From contig CM082577.2 of assembly GCA_040954595.2 (NCBI GenBank), forward strand, positions 8,891,846 to 8,955,845: 64,000 nucleotides of DNA, written 5' to 3'. Both the position numbers and the translations under genes were made by a program. Numbering within the stretch: position 1 is the stretch's first letter; the number at the start of each line of letters is the position of its first letter. The notes beneath the pieces are model-generated. The model was not told the DNA's origin and did not search any database. It saw nothing but the letters and a program-made list of their open reading frames with translations. Positions 38,718-52,500 of the stretch are shown here, one piece after another. The DNA comes from Balanoglossus misakiensis (lineage: Eukaryota; Animalia; Hemichordata).

Positions 38718-41700
38718 TTAGTCGTTCTGGTTCCGGTACAACTGCAGATTTTAATTAATGGGTGGTTGAAAATTCATGCGACGATTTCTGTCACTGCTGT
38801 GTGACTACGTGACTTTTCTTCCCTTGTTTGAGTGTAAATGGTACTGTGACAGCCATTGGCTAGGGACAGAACCAGTCCTGAAGGATTGAGATTTGGGGAG
38901 GGGGGGGGCAACCGACCATCAAGCTCACATTAATTTTATAGAAATGATTCTTACTTTGGCAACTGGGAACTTCAGAACAGTTGGGCTTTCAGTTATGAAT
39001 TGATGAATGCAGGTGTTGTAGAGATAAAATAGCAACTCAGATGTAGACACTGCGAAATATGACGGAAACACGTGGATATATAGTGAATCAACGTTCGACC
39101 ACACACAACATCCATGCCGATTGTAGACACGAGAGTGAAAAAAACTCGCCAAAATGAATAATCGGTCTCTACCATTTATTCATTTTGGGTTTTTACACTC
39201 GCATATCCTACAAACGGGATGGAAGTTGTTTGTGGTCGAACGTTGGTTCACTATATATCCACAGTCATGTAGAATAACATTAACGGTGTCTTGTATCAAA
39301 CATAATTGATGGAAAAGGGGCAGCGAGAGAGAGAGACTTTGTCCCTTTAAGTGGAAATGAAGTAGTTCTTTCAATCGGGAAAAGATTTTTACATTGAATT
39401 GTCCTGTGAAATGTAATTTCCATTGCCATCTCTCTGAAGTTCTGCGAATGCAACATGCATCGACCCCTTCCCAAGCTGTTCTGTTTACATAAAATAATGG
39501 AAATTTCATTGTTTCAGCAGCCTCGGTTGCAAACGGGACGTTTTTTGTGTATTGCAGAGCAACTCGTAGCACAGATATGTATCTTTTTTAAATGACAAAT
39601 CTCAAATACCTAAAATTTGTTCACGGAAATGTTTGATAATTGAGACTTTAAGGTAATAAGTTGGAAAAATTCAAGCTACACATGTTTTAGTCAAGGACAG
39701 CTGTTATTTCTATAGCCAGCATGTATGCATTGTATGTCATTTACGGCAACGATTTAGGTCCATTCAAAACACCATGCGCAAAAAGTGATTTACACACTAA
39801 ATATTTTGTATACATGAATATTCAAAACTGACTGAGGCAGAGTTCACATATATTGCTCCACGGGCCAAGTTACCATTTGAATACGCTGCTCACCTTATGT
39901 GTTCCATGACCCATCCTCGGCTTTCATGCGAAGCACAGTTAAACTAAGGATTTGCATAATATGACAATAATTTGCAAACTGTAAAATTATATTGCAATAG
40001 TAATTATCACCACCGTTTCACAACATGACGAAATTTTCGGAGACATCCACAGGTCTGGCGCGATGCCAAAAGTTTACTCTGCATTTGGAGGCCCACTAAG
40101 CACGAAATTTATTTATGTTCAACACAGAACAAAACATTGACAAAGGGATAGAGTCGCTATGTTTTTAGAACACAACTCGTGTACCAACACCACGCAGTAT
40201 GCCATATCTGACGATGGCTTCAGTGTGTCAACGTAAAACCGGGGGATCTGCGAATTCAAACCACCTTTCTCACTTCCGTCCCCAAGGCGTATGATAGCAG
40301 CGACCCGAAAGGAGTTGAAAAGCGCTGATGGCTGCATATACGCAAATGCCATGTTTGAAATCAAAGAAATGATAAATTGGTTATTAAAAAATCACCATTC
40401 TGAAAAATTCAATTTTGTAAGATTGGCACTTGTATGAAGAGCGACTGTTCATTCAATAAGCCAGTTCAGTCCAAGCCACTGAACGTATCAGCTGTTCAGT
40501 GACCAATCGGGTGGGCTCGTTGTGAAAATAACAGACCAAACACTGCATACTGAAACTACAGTTGAAAATGAGGAATTTAGCCAGGACAAAAATGGTAAAT
40601 TTGTTATATTATTACATGCAGTTACAGGCGGGAGATAGCTCTGCGATTGATGTGTGTAAGTTCTAACATCTCAGCCGAAGTGACGTGACTGCCCCGAGGT
40701 TGAACACGCAGAACGCGTCATTTACTACAGGCTACAGTAACTCCCCGGCGGTAATGTGTTTCCTCTTGAAGTTAGAAACAAAATACATGTTTCAATTTAG
40801 CGAACCTCTCACGCTGTCCGCCACAACATTTACCCCCAGTAAATAGCTGTTGCCGCAAAGGGGCGAAAAGGGCGGCGTTTGCTGTGAATGACGAGTATAT
40901 CCCCCTCCAACTCAGGACAGTTATTCCTCGCACGTACCAACACGTACGCACGCCGGGCGTAATTCGCCCAGGCTTCGTGCAGGTACACTCTTACGATTCG
41001 GCAACCTTTCGGGGGAATTAAAGACAAAATCCTAGTTTATTAATTTCGCCATTACTTTTTCCCCTCCGCAGATTTCGTTAAATTTTAAACGCGAGGGAAT
41101 ACAATGCCGGCATTGTCGAGGAGAAAATGTAATTTGACAAACAAAAGCAACGCCATGACAACCTGAGTATTTTCATGTCCATATGGTTGGGCCATTGAAA
41201 CACGCAACCCAACACTTCTGGGCAAAGTATTATGTATATCGAAAGAGATCTGTTAGAAAGCAGTTTTATTTCAATTCGATAAAGGAGGCAGTCAATTTGG
41301 TGAAAGCATTTTAATTGGGATATACTTTCGCGATGGAGTGGTTCCTCGTCACCGCGTCACTTTTAGTGCATAATGCTTGAGTATAAAGTAATAGTAAATT
41401 AATATGAAGTGTGAAAAACGGTACAAGGTGATAAAACGGTCGCTTTTCCTAAGTTTTACTGGAATTCACATCAATGAACGATTTTGAGACATTTGTTCGA
41501 TTAATGACAAATGGTTGAGCTGCTATAAGTTTCCAATTCGCCTTCTCTATCGTATCTCCCAATCTGTCTGTCTGTTTGTCTTTCTGTCCGTCTGCCTGCC
41601 TGCCTGCCTGTCTGTCCCTCTGCCTCCTTCCCGTTTGTATCTATCTATCTCTTCTTCTTCTTCTTTTCCGAAGTTAATACTAGTAATACTACCAGCTTCA

Positions 41701-44700
41701 ATGCGAATGACCTTCATTCTACTCTTATAAACCGTGTTACAATTGCGACATACTGGCCAATGTTACATTACTACTTGTGCACCATTTAAAAGAATAATCC
41801 ATCAAAACTGAAATTTCTAGATGAATTGTCTGAATACATTAAGAAAATGGTGAACCTGAAGAACGTGTTAGCGTTTGAAGGCAACGATAACTTTTACCGC
41901 GTGTCTAATAAAAGTTCCCGGTTGGTCTATGTCACCATGTGATACTAATAAATCAAAAAATTGCCTTTCTAGTGTTTGTTAAATTTATCTTTTACATTTT
42001 TCGAACATATGTATCTCCTCCTGCAGTACCTTGACCCACGCCTCGGGACACTTGCAAGACAAAGTGAATCTGTGAGATGATTTACAGCGTGTGGTTTACT
42101 TTCAGTCAGAAACCTCGTAAAAAGAACGAAATAACTCCGTGGCCGCAGTAGTGCAGCGAGATTAAACAATTTTGGGTTCATTTAGTGAGTTTTTATTGTT
42201 GCCATTTTTCTATACTTCATAGTGTAATGAAATAATAACTTTATTGCTCACCAACACACTCAGGGAGTGCGGTAAGGCGAAATTGACACAACTGAACTGG
42301 ACGAAGCTGCATCAGAGAGAAAATGTCTCCATCCATCACGTGTATGTTGATTAGCTCTGTTCATCATTATCCAAGATCTATATTCTATCCCGGTTAGCAA
42401 ATTCGGAAGCAGACTCAACGAAATAAGAATGTTTGACACCTTCAAGCGCAATGTGTCCACCTCTAACCCCATCCGCAAAGAATTGTGACCTGGGTGACAT
42501 TTGCATCGAAACTGTCCCGCCTTGCCACGCCGCAGTGGAAACATTTCAACACAAATTGGTCATCGGTGCGGCGGTGTTCATGAAGTGATTTTTTGCAGGA
42601 CATGGAACTGAGACCAGGCCTCAAATTGAACTTGAACTCGCCAAATCATCAGATTTGAAGAAAGAACATTGATGAGTCCACGAGGGAAGTTGCTAATTGT
42701 CAGGCGCTTGGCCGGGGTGGTGCGGGACACAAACAATTCTTGTTCAACACCAATCTGTTTAAAATCAGATGTAGATTTCGGCGCCGTCTTTACTTTTGCT
42801 GATTCACACTAGAGTGGCGCGTACATGTATGACCGAGAACAGCAAAGACAGAGAACAAAGACAAGCCACAGCTATCACCAGCAACTAACTCCACATATGA
42901 TTTTAATCAGATCGGTTCGACATGACAAGAAGGGAGAGAAACAATTCACTGGTTCTTTCCAGAAGCAATAGTTTATTGTCACCTAACTTGACATAACAGT
43001 AAAGAAATACATGTATACAACGACAGTTGTCTGTCTCCTCGACATTTGTGAGCTGAAGATCTCAATTCCCGCCAAAAGCAAGAAATTGAAACACGAACTT
43101 GTCGTTCACGATGACGTCATAGTGTAGACTAAGTGTCAAATCTATAATACCACACTGCATTATTACAAAAAAATACAATTACATTGAAAATTAATCTTGA
43201 TTTTGGTTTATTCATTTTCATACTGTTAAATCTACTAGCCCCCTCTTCCGATTCGCTACCTTATTTTAAATTATTTACATTTTGCATCCAAGGCTGATAA
43301 GACACAGTTTACAGGGAAGAATTGAATGATGATGCTAATGCATGTCAAACTGTCAAAACATGATTGTTACCGGCACCGTGACTGACAAAAGAACTGTACA
43401 AACATTTCCAGTGAAATAAAAGAAACTTTACTCCCGACTTTTTTTAAAATCAAAAGTTGGGTATCCTTAATGAATATATGCTTTGAGTTATGCAGACGAC
43501 AAGTTTTAACTGCGTACCAAAACAGAACGCAACGGTACGTGGCTATAGACAAAGTTTTGAAATCACGCCGGCCATATACAACGAACTAAGCGAAGCACAG
43601 TAAGCGTTTTACTGTAAGGCGAAGCAGCGCCCAGGCTAAACCGGAGGTTCTGATTATCTAAAAATAAACGCGTTTTGTTAAAGTAATGCTTCAGTTTGTA
43701 TTGTTGTTACTGTTTGGTCCCAGTTGGCAGTATTTAAAAACGCTCACTGGACCGCAGCGTCACAATGTTGAATTGCCTTGATTCGAGTCGACTGTTTCCT
43801 TTGATTAGGATTCAGATTTCTTTTCAGTTTGCCATAGACGACACGCAGCATTTGTGGTGATTTCCGTTTAGTCTGTCCGAATCTGAATCCGACACGAACA
43901 GCATGTACATGTATAAATGGACGGCCAAAGCAACTGGGAATTTGGAAAAAAAATGGAAAAGGCTCTTTGCGGAACGGTAAAACAAACAGCCGCAATGAGG
44001 CAATGACTACCTATGATTCTCACAATAGTATGTAGTTTGGAATATTCTTCGACAAAAACACGGGGGAAAATTGCAAGTGTTTAGAAAACGCATTTGAACA
44101 GTTTGGGGGATTTTCCAAATTAAGAATTTGATCATATGCTTATTAAAATGTATTGGCTTGTTCGAGTATTTAGCATCATCAGTGGACCAAAACACATTAT
44201 TTCTGAATCGAGACACGACAAATCGACGTACAGCACTCTTTGGGTCACAGTTTCTTACCAACCTAGAGTGTTCAAAAACAATAGCTTGAAAGTTTTGCTT
44301 TTCCTCCGAAACAAAAGTATCTAATTAGCCTTAAATAAAAGCCACGTATGTACAATTCAAATCAACTAGACAAAAACTACTTAAAAATTGCAATTATGCT
44401 TGTCGTATGTTTCTATAGCCCTAGATAGAAAAAAAACACCCCATTTTGCAGCCACAATAACGCTAGAATCCGACGAATGGATGCATAGTTGGACTAAACC
44501 AAGCGATAAGGAAAAATCGAAACACACAAAAACATGCCAGTATATCGAAATATTTTAAACAGAAGTGAAATGTACGTAACGTCGAAAAACTGTGTTATCG
44601 TTGAAGTTGTCGAGACGGCCATTATCCGTTGTAATTAATTACCTCAATGATGAAGAAAAAATCAAAATATAAATGTTTGGGGGTGTTTTACAACGGTCCG

Positions 44701-45412
44701 AGAAAAGATACACCCAACAACTTTACCCACGAATGGGGACATAATATGCTGGTGTATTTGCACAACTTGACGCGGTGTCTGTCGCTCATCACCGTACGTG
44801 TATATGGGCTTCAGCCGTGGCTGAGAGATCACGAAAATATTGACTGTCAAAATATAAAAACACTTCGGTGAGTCTGGACGTTCCTAATATCAATGTACGA
44901 TCGAGGTTTTCTTATCACTGGCAGAGAGAACTTTGATAAAGAAAAAAAATCGTAACCAAATTCAACTAGCTTACATGTTAACGCTACTATACACAGTCAA
45001 ACATAAATGCTTGCGAATAGCGGTCTTTGCTCAATGTCACACGACACGTTGTCGGCGATCAGTCAGCGTTCTCTCCCAAAAAGCGGTATCTTCGAAGTAG
45101 TCGTCAGTTTAAGTTCTCGTATTAAATAAAGATTCTGTATTTTCAGTCAACCATGTGCGGGAGAGTCGTTTGAGTCACAAATACAGGCCCTATATTTATC
45201 AGACACTAACCGGTTTACGGAAGTAACCTGTTTGCACCTGTCCCTCCGTAGTGTTCATGTAGACACAGGGACTGGTATTCGCATTTTCAACTCCTACTTG
45301 GTTTATTCCTGCGACTTAAAACTATGTCCGATCAAACCATTAACTGACGGTGATTTTTGGGCCCATAGTTGTTTTTTTGTTCGAGTGAAGACGAAACTGC
45401 TTGCACTCTGTG

Positions 45413-46225
45413 TCAAACGTGGTTCTCGTGAACGGACTCGACTGAGGTGACGCTGATTTCCTGGTCGCTCGACGACAGTTCCCCGCTGCCGCTGAAGTCA
45501 TCGTCGTCGTATATTGCTATGAGGTCGCTGAAGTCTGGCGCGGCGGACGGATGCATGATGCCGTTCTTCTTGGCCGGTGAATTCGGCTCCTTGAAGAAAC
45601 TCTTGGGCAGGTTTCGGTTCTGCCACGGGATCACCTTGTCGTGTTTCTTAAGGTCCAGTTTGATTCTCTTAATTTTCTTGTGGTGATAGGAGTTGACACT
45701 TTTTCTCTCAGAGATATGTTTGCCGATCGCAAACTCAAATAGTTCGTTGAATGGCCCCAGGCTCTTCGCTTTACCTTTCACATTATCGTGATTCGAGTTC
45801 ACCACCACTGTTCGCTTCTTATTTTTGTCAGTCTGTGCGCGGGGACGAAGTTCGTCGAGTTGGTGGTCGCCGTTCTGGGCAATTTTCAGAAGGTCTGCGT
45901 AGTAGAGTTCTCGCCCCGATTTGCCAGAAGAAAACCTGTCCTCGTAGATATTGCACGAGTCCTCGCTGTCGGACTTGCGGCCGAAGTACTTCTGTATGTC
46001 CCCGTTGACCATTTCCGCGAACGACAGGAGCTGCTGCGTGACATTCGGTCCGACGTCGACCACCGGCGTCTCCTCCTCGTAGTCGGACTCGTAGTCGTCC
46101 ATCTCGTCGTCGATGTCGCTCTCGTCGTCGCAACTGCCCTGGTCGTCCCACATCATGTTCTCCGGCTCGCGCGGCGGCATCTTCGGCAGAGCGAAGCCCC
46201 TCTTCTCCGTCAAACAACTCGACAT
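45413..46225 (-). CDS. PERCC1: PERCC1-like protein (proline and glutamate rich with coiled coil 1), 270 aa, single-exon CDS
   Basis: An acidic N-terminal tract is followed by the ordered PERCC1 motifs QLLSFAEMVNGDIQKYFGRK...CNIYED, RELYYADLLKIAQNG, LGPFNELFEFAI, IPWQNRNLPKSFFKEP and HPSAAPDFSDL, matching human PERCC1 as I recall it. The ATG at 46225 has a strong GCCGCCGCCATG context; the ORF-track start at 46294 is a GTG. Confidence 0.92.
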   Translation of the reverse strand: MSSCLTEKRGFALPKMPPREPENMMWDDQGSCDDESDIDDEMDDYESDYEEETPVVDVGPNVTQQLLSFAEMVNGDIQKYFGRKSDSEDSCNIYEDRFSSGKSGRELYYADLLKIAQNGDHQLDELRPRAQTDKNKKRTVVVNSNHDNVKGKAKSLGPFNELFEFAIGKHISERKSVNSYHHKKIKRIKLDLKKHDKVIPWQNRNLPKSFFKEPNSPAKKNGIMHPSAAPDFSDLIAIYDDDDFSGSGELSSSDQEISVTSVESVHENHV

Positions 46226-46519
46226 GGCGGCGGCTAGTAGATACGAATCGCCCCCGAGTTCATAACTCGCACCTCGAACAAGGCACGGACACACCTTCTG
46301 GTGGCAGTAGAGCTCCCTATGTGTCCGTTGGGCGGATAACGGGGCTAGACTATGATATGCGTGTCAGGGTTGAGATCCGTTGTGGACTTGTTAGCACGCT
46401 TACGGTCGATAACGCAATGCTACATGCATCAGTTGACACCGGACTTAACACGGCACTCGAAACGAAACAGCCACTCTGGTAATTTATCACCGTCGCCGTT
46501 GGTTGGAAATTTCGGTTCC

Positions 46520-46583
46520 GATTGGCTGTTACCACTTCTCCTCCACATGCATAATATCGCCGACTAGCCCTCTGCCAATCACA
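46520..46583 (-). promoter_or_regulatory. Candidate PERCC1 proximal promoter (two CCAAT boxes)
   Basis: GATTGGCT at ~46520-46527 (AGCCAATC on -) and GCCAATCA at ~46575-46582, 300-360 bp upstream of the ATG. There is no strong acceptor between them and the ATG. Confidence 0.4.
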
Positions 46584-49506
46584 ACTGCGACCTCAACACT
46601 TCTGTTGACCCTACGAATGATAAAGGGTATGTAAAATTTAGTACGAGTTTTTTTTAGAACGCAGGGACGGTGTATTAAAATTTCCAGTCAAAGTACCAAC
46701 TCCCCCCGGTCGCCTCGGACCACATCGGATGTTTTGGACTACGTATTCTTGGCCGACAACTCTCCCATGTATTAAGTTGACGGGCCCGGATCCGAGTACC
46801 GTGGTCATTGGTGACAAAGAAAACTCCCGCAGAACGGAAAGCTTACGCTTTGATGCGTTCTAGTGAATCGATACAAACTTATTCCAATTAAACCAAAGGC
46901 ATTTCTATTGTGAAGGTGGCGACCATTACTCTGGGAGTGCTACAGCGTTATAATGATGGTTACATTCGCTGTATACTAGTATGTACATTCTTTGTAACGG
47001 TAGGCAGTCTAGTTTGGTACGTGGTGTGTATTCCGAATAAGTCTCTGCTCTTTGGACAAACAAACGGAAGTAGTTTGACAGCTGATTATCAAATATCAGT
47101 CGACTGCAATTGTTTCGTTGTTTGAGTATATGCATATACGGTGGTAATATGTGCAATTCATGTGAATGCAAAGTGGCAAATTTGAATGTAACATGTGCAG
47201 AGAAGGGCACGGGTTATCTTGTCTGTGTTTGTATACCTTAGCTGCGTCTGTTCGCCGTGGTATGTCTGGAACATGAACACAAGCTTGAATAGTAAGCCAT
47301 ATTTGATAATGTATCATAGAAAAGTTTCAATTCTTGGATTTTCCTTGTTAAAGCTCTTCACGTAAAATTTTATTTGGGGCATTTGATTAATTGACCACAA
47401 CGCCATCGAGCATTTCGAGGCTAAATATAACAAAATATGCGGGACTAGTCATAGTATATAGCGAATCCACAAATATTCTGTTATCACCATAATACACCGC
47501 GAGTCCAAGAATTATTTGAACACGGAGAAGCAAGGATGGTATTATGCCACGAAACGTGTAGCCCTCTGACACCAGTCGCTAGGACGCTTTTGTTTGGTTT
47601 TCACACTGTAAAAAGATATGCCAGTCACGCACGAACATGCACATTTACATGTACACAACAAAAACACACCCCACACATGGTAGATGTACTGTCTATGCAC
47701 ATACTTAGGTACGCGCACATCTGTAATAACCGCAAGGTGATAGTTATCTCAGCAATTACCCGCACCAATGCGCACAATTATACGAAGACGCACACTCGTT
47801 GGTTGTATGCAAGCATATGGTCATGGCACTCCAGGGGATTACACGCATAAGAATCAACGCACATTTTCTCCCCTAAGTGAGTATGGAAAGATCGTATTTC
47901 CCCTTCTGCCATTGTTATAGCTAAAGCTGAGATAATAGGAACAAAATACGAAAAGTGAAGATAATCCTACGATGAAATTATTGTATAGGTGGACCCCTGG
48001 CAGCTGACGCTGTACCAGCAAAACTTCAGCGTTGACTCGGCCCGGCCTCCTGTCTTTGTTCAGCGTTACAATTGTGAGACTTTTTATCCGTATTATGTGA
48101 CCATATGCTCACATATATGAGGGTTTATTTATCGGCAATACAAAACCTAGCTTTCAAATGTTTTATTATGACTTCAACACGCACCGTGCCGGCCAAAAAT
48201 AAGACCAAAAAGAACCGCACACGACCGAAAACAAAGTAATAAAGTTAAAAAACTGCTCAATGTATAAATAATGTGAAAGCCCCGCAAAACTCATTGTTCG
48301 TTTCACATACAGTGCAGAACCGGGCAACAAGAAGGCAAGCAAGCAAACTAACATAAAAACAGACAGACAGATAACCCCCTATAATAAAATGCATTGCAAC
48401 ACCACGGTTTAAAGTGATACATCTTAATCTAATGTCGAAGATTCACTGATGATCCCTACCAACGACCGAGATCTCCGGAAATTATTCGGAGCGTTTAACA
48501 GACTATCCTTTCAGAGGGAAACACGAATGTGTACCAGACAGACAAACAGCCAGATAGACAAAATGCATACATTTATACGCAGACACGGCTCTGCACGGGC
48601 TTATATACGCAAATTCACCATCCTGATATTTACGAAGCTGGAGGGTGGATTGTTGCACCGGAGATAACACCATATTTCACGCAACTGTACTTCACTGACG
48701 TGAAAATAGCAACATCATATTTAATTCCCGGTGTAGCATTGATTAGCGGAGACACAGGAAACAACCTCCCGGCCTGTATAATTTTCGGGGAGATGAATAT
48801 ATTTCTAAATGGACACGTGTAAATATTTGGCGCAATTTGTGAAACACACATACATGAAATACAACATGGCTCATCAAAAATTGATTAGATACGCGTCCGG
48901 CCGGGTGTCTCTCAGACGATGCGTTACCATGCCAATCAGTAAGGCGGGTGGCTGTCAGTAATGTGATTATGATTATGTTTCTGTATACTGTTGTTTTAAA
49001 AACTGTCAGATATTCCATTAGGCTCTGTTTATATATGTACTATACTAGAAGATGTGATAGCGAAGAGGGTGTCATCCCCTTTCCAGTTGGAATTATGATA
49101 CATTTTTCATCCCGGTAGCGTCGAATTGCATGGGAATTAAAACAAATGTCAAAATTTATGCTGTCGTTATTTGTTCACGTTAGATGGCTAGTCTGGGTTG
49201 AGAAGTGTACACCTTTTTATTTTTATTTATGAAGGTGTTGTTTTGTTGTTTACGAATGGCCGTTGGGGGCGACAACACACTACAAAGAGCAACAAAACTC
49301 GTCCCCTTTCCCAAATAAATGCCTTTGTTGGAATTTGGTTTTACTATTTTGGAAAAGTTCGTCAGTTGGAACTGCGATTACTTCCTGGAATAAAGTTCTT
49401 TACTTGGTTTTTCATTTTCTAGTTGCATTCGCATTTCAATTCGAGGTATTCTGTTTGTGGGGAGAGTCGCTGGCGTAGAGTTGAAAACAACAGCGGTGTT
49501 TACTCT

Positions 49507-49520
49507 TCACTAGGTGGCGC
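49507..49520 (+). promoter_or_regulatory. CTCF-like site
   Basis: TCACTAGGTGGCGC is a close match to CCASYAGRKGGCRS. Confidence 0.5.
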
Positions 49521-52500
49521 TCTTCACCAAACCACCTGTTGCATTTTGCGTATTTGCACTGGCCGCCGACGACAGCTGAGGTTATCTCACGCTAGACGGT
49601 TAACACATCTATTTAATCAAATCAGCATTGCGCTGTGAACAAGACCACCGTTTTTCAATCAAGAGCAGGAAGCCATAATGTCTGATAATTGACGGACATT
49701 TTAACTCAGCCTAGAGGGGAAACGATGCGCGCCGTGCGAAGCGGCGCCAAATTGCGCGTGAACGTGTGAATGATCGCACTTGCGCAGACGCGTCTCGAAG
49801 TCACTGAACAATCAACATTTTATCGTCGCGTCTCACCGCAGATATGCGGGCCATCCCTTATCTTGTCCGCTACACAAACTATTGTGCTTATAATCAACAC
49901 TCGCTTTGTGTATAATGAACTTGTAAACGGGAGATAGGGAGATACACCAGGCGATCTAACGTTTACCAGCTAAGTTACATAATGCAAGAAGTGGAGCGAG
50001 TGTTTGCCCAGCAAGATGAGCGCTTCTTTCGCTTGTTCAGTTGCGCTGCGATAACACCGAACACATGTCCACGCGCTGATATCGCGCCAGTCATTTCCCA
50101 CCAGCACTAACACGCACTCCGGGATATTTTAAACAAGGCGAGTAATTACTTAGCATTGTTGGGTGGGTCACATTTTGCCCCTGGTCGCCGCATTAAAAAT
50201 TGTTAGCGATCGATACTCAGGGAATATGAATGATTACTAGAAATTTGATGAAACTTCTATAAACACGCTACATTGAGTTGTAGCTAACCGTTATGATGAG
50301 TCCCATCTTGATACAGATCCAGTGCGTACCCATGCAAAAACGGTCCCAGAACCGAACCGAGCAAAAACATGAGTGATGGCCGTTCAGTTGACGGTACCAG
50401 TAAGTTTCTCTGCAGAATGTACGGTGTTGGAACAAAAAAAACTTGAGTGATCAAGGAACGCGGCAACCGTGGAATTTTAATTACTGGGTCGTTCGTCGTA
50501 ATTCTGTACTGTCAGATAAAGTATCGAATATATTTGCCCCGTTTTAACGTCGCTTATCGGTCGCCACCAGGCACGAACCAACGCAGGGCTCACAATAAAG
50601 TGTCTAACGTGAAAACACTGCAGCCACCCACGTCCATGCAATAAAAATTGTCGCGTATTATACACAAGCTGCCAAAGATCAACTGGAATTCATAATTTTT
50701 TTAAAGATAATACTTATTTTGTGTTGACGAAGAAGGATTTCGGGAGAAGAGTTGAATGAACACTTGACGGAGTGGAACCATTTCTAACATATTACATGCA
50801 TGCCCGCCTATCAGTCACGTGTAGATCAACACGAAGCTGTCTAACCGACTTGCAATCATACGGCCATAAAGACGACAGATCAAGAAAACAGGAATTGATC
50901 AAATCTTTCTTCAAATGATAAACTTGAGGGTACACCGTTTAAAAAAATATTTACAACCTTGCATTATCGACTTACGTGTACGGGACGCATTGCAGTATTT
51001 GGTCGTCTCGTCAGCGTTCGGAAGTCCAATATCGCGATGTCGCATTTAACATTCGCATCATAACTCGCTACAGACCCCTAATTATTTTACTGGACGTCTC
51101 TCGGCTTAAACCGGCTTTATGCAAATCACCTCATTAATGAGATACGCGGATGAATATGACGTGTCGGAAAACACCAAAAATCCTAATGTGAAAGTAATAG
51201 CATGATTAAAGACATGTTAATGGTTTTGGTCGAGTAAAAGATGGGGGGAAAACAACGAGGAGATTACCGACAATGTTGTTTCATGCACTTTAGCATAGTG
51301 ACTCGGCCTGATGTAGAATTCCATAAATTCACGTCTGCAAAAGTGTGCATAGTGATTTAACAACTGACTGATGTCTATGTCTATGACAAGGGGCATGACT
51401 TCATGCCCCGTTTTTCTCTCAGTAACAAAATCAAACTTCGAGCTCCCTTATTTAGAGCTCTCCCATCCCATCCAGACAGACAGACATACAGACAGACAGA
51501 CGTGGTCGACAGAGACAGACAGGCGCATGCGCCCAGGCACACACACTACCCGATATCCATTTCCAAGTATATATACAACGACAATTTAAACTTTTCAACA
51601 AAATAACAGTTCGTATTAATTGTGTCACAAGGAAACTTGACCAATGTCAACCGAAAAACTTTGGCGACAAGGTGATTTACAGCGGTCTATAGAAATTACT
51701 ATGAAGGTTAAAAAGATAAAGCAACATTTCTGGTCCCATTTGTGTGAGTGCCTCCATAACAACGGCTGAGCACGATCAACACGGAGCGGGATAATTTGTA
51801 GTCTGCTAATGTTGCATTATCTGTCTTACATCTATTGGTTGGCATAGTGTCAAAAGTCTACGTTTTATCCGTCTTTTTTGTGGGTCACATGAATGATTTA
51901 CCGTTATTCCATCGAAAAAAATTATCCGGGAATAGCAAATAATGAATTCTGGCCGTTTTCAACTGAATTTGGGATGTTGTCCCATAAGTACACCGCGAAC
52001 CATTTCTAACTGTTTTGCAAAGGGGCGCTGGGTAGTCTCATAAGATACGGCCAAAGGGCGCGAACTGACGATAATTCAGAAACGGTGCGCTGTACGTTAT
52101 CACGGGTGTAAATATACATTTTAGAAGATAAATAGCAAATATCTGAATGGGTGAGCAGTTGGCGGAAGTGGACCCAAACACAGATCATCGAAAATAGAAG
52201 TCGCAGAGGAAGCTTTTAAATGTCAGAATTGAAGTCGAATGAATACATATAGAACGAAAGAAGTAGATATAGCACAGCTGTCGCTCAAAATTTAATTTTT
52301 CGCCACATATTTTGTAATGTTTACATCCCGCCGAACACGCCGGACGACTTCTAGCTAGACGGTCGCCAGGAGCGAGCTACCTACTACCAAAGAACGGAGC
52401 TGGTGTCCTGGTCCCAACGCAAAGATTCCGCGGTATTTCTGCCTCGAGTCCTCTAGTTATGAATGACACAGTGAAGGGTGTGCGTGTTTGTAAGCCCTCA

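Noticed and set aside
42260-42544. ORF containing MGLEVD, identical to the RING protein's first six residues
   Set aside because: The similarity does not extend beyond these residues and no RING cysteines follow, so it is coincidence.
45447-46237. Antisense and alternative-frame ORFs over PERCC1
   Set aside because: Shadows of GC3-rich coding sequence.
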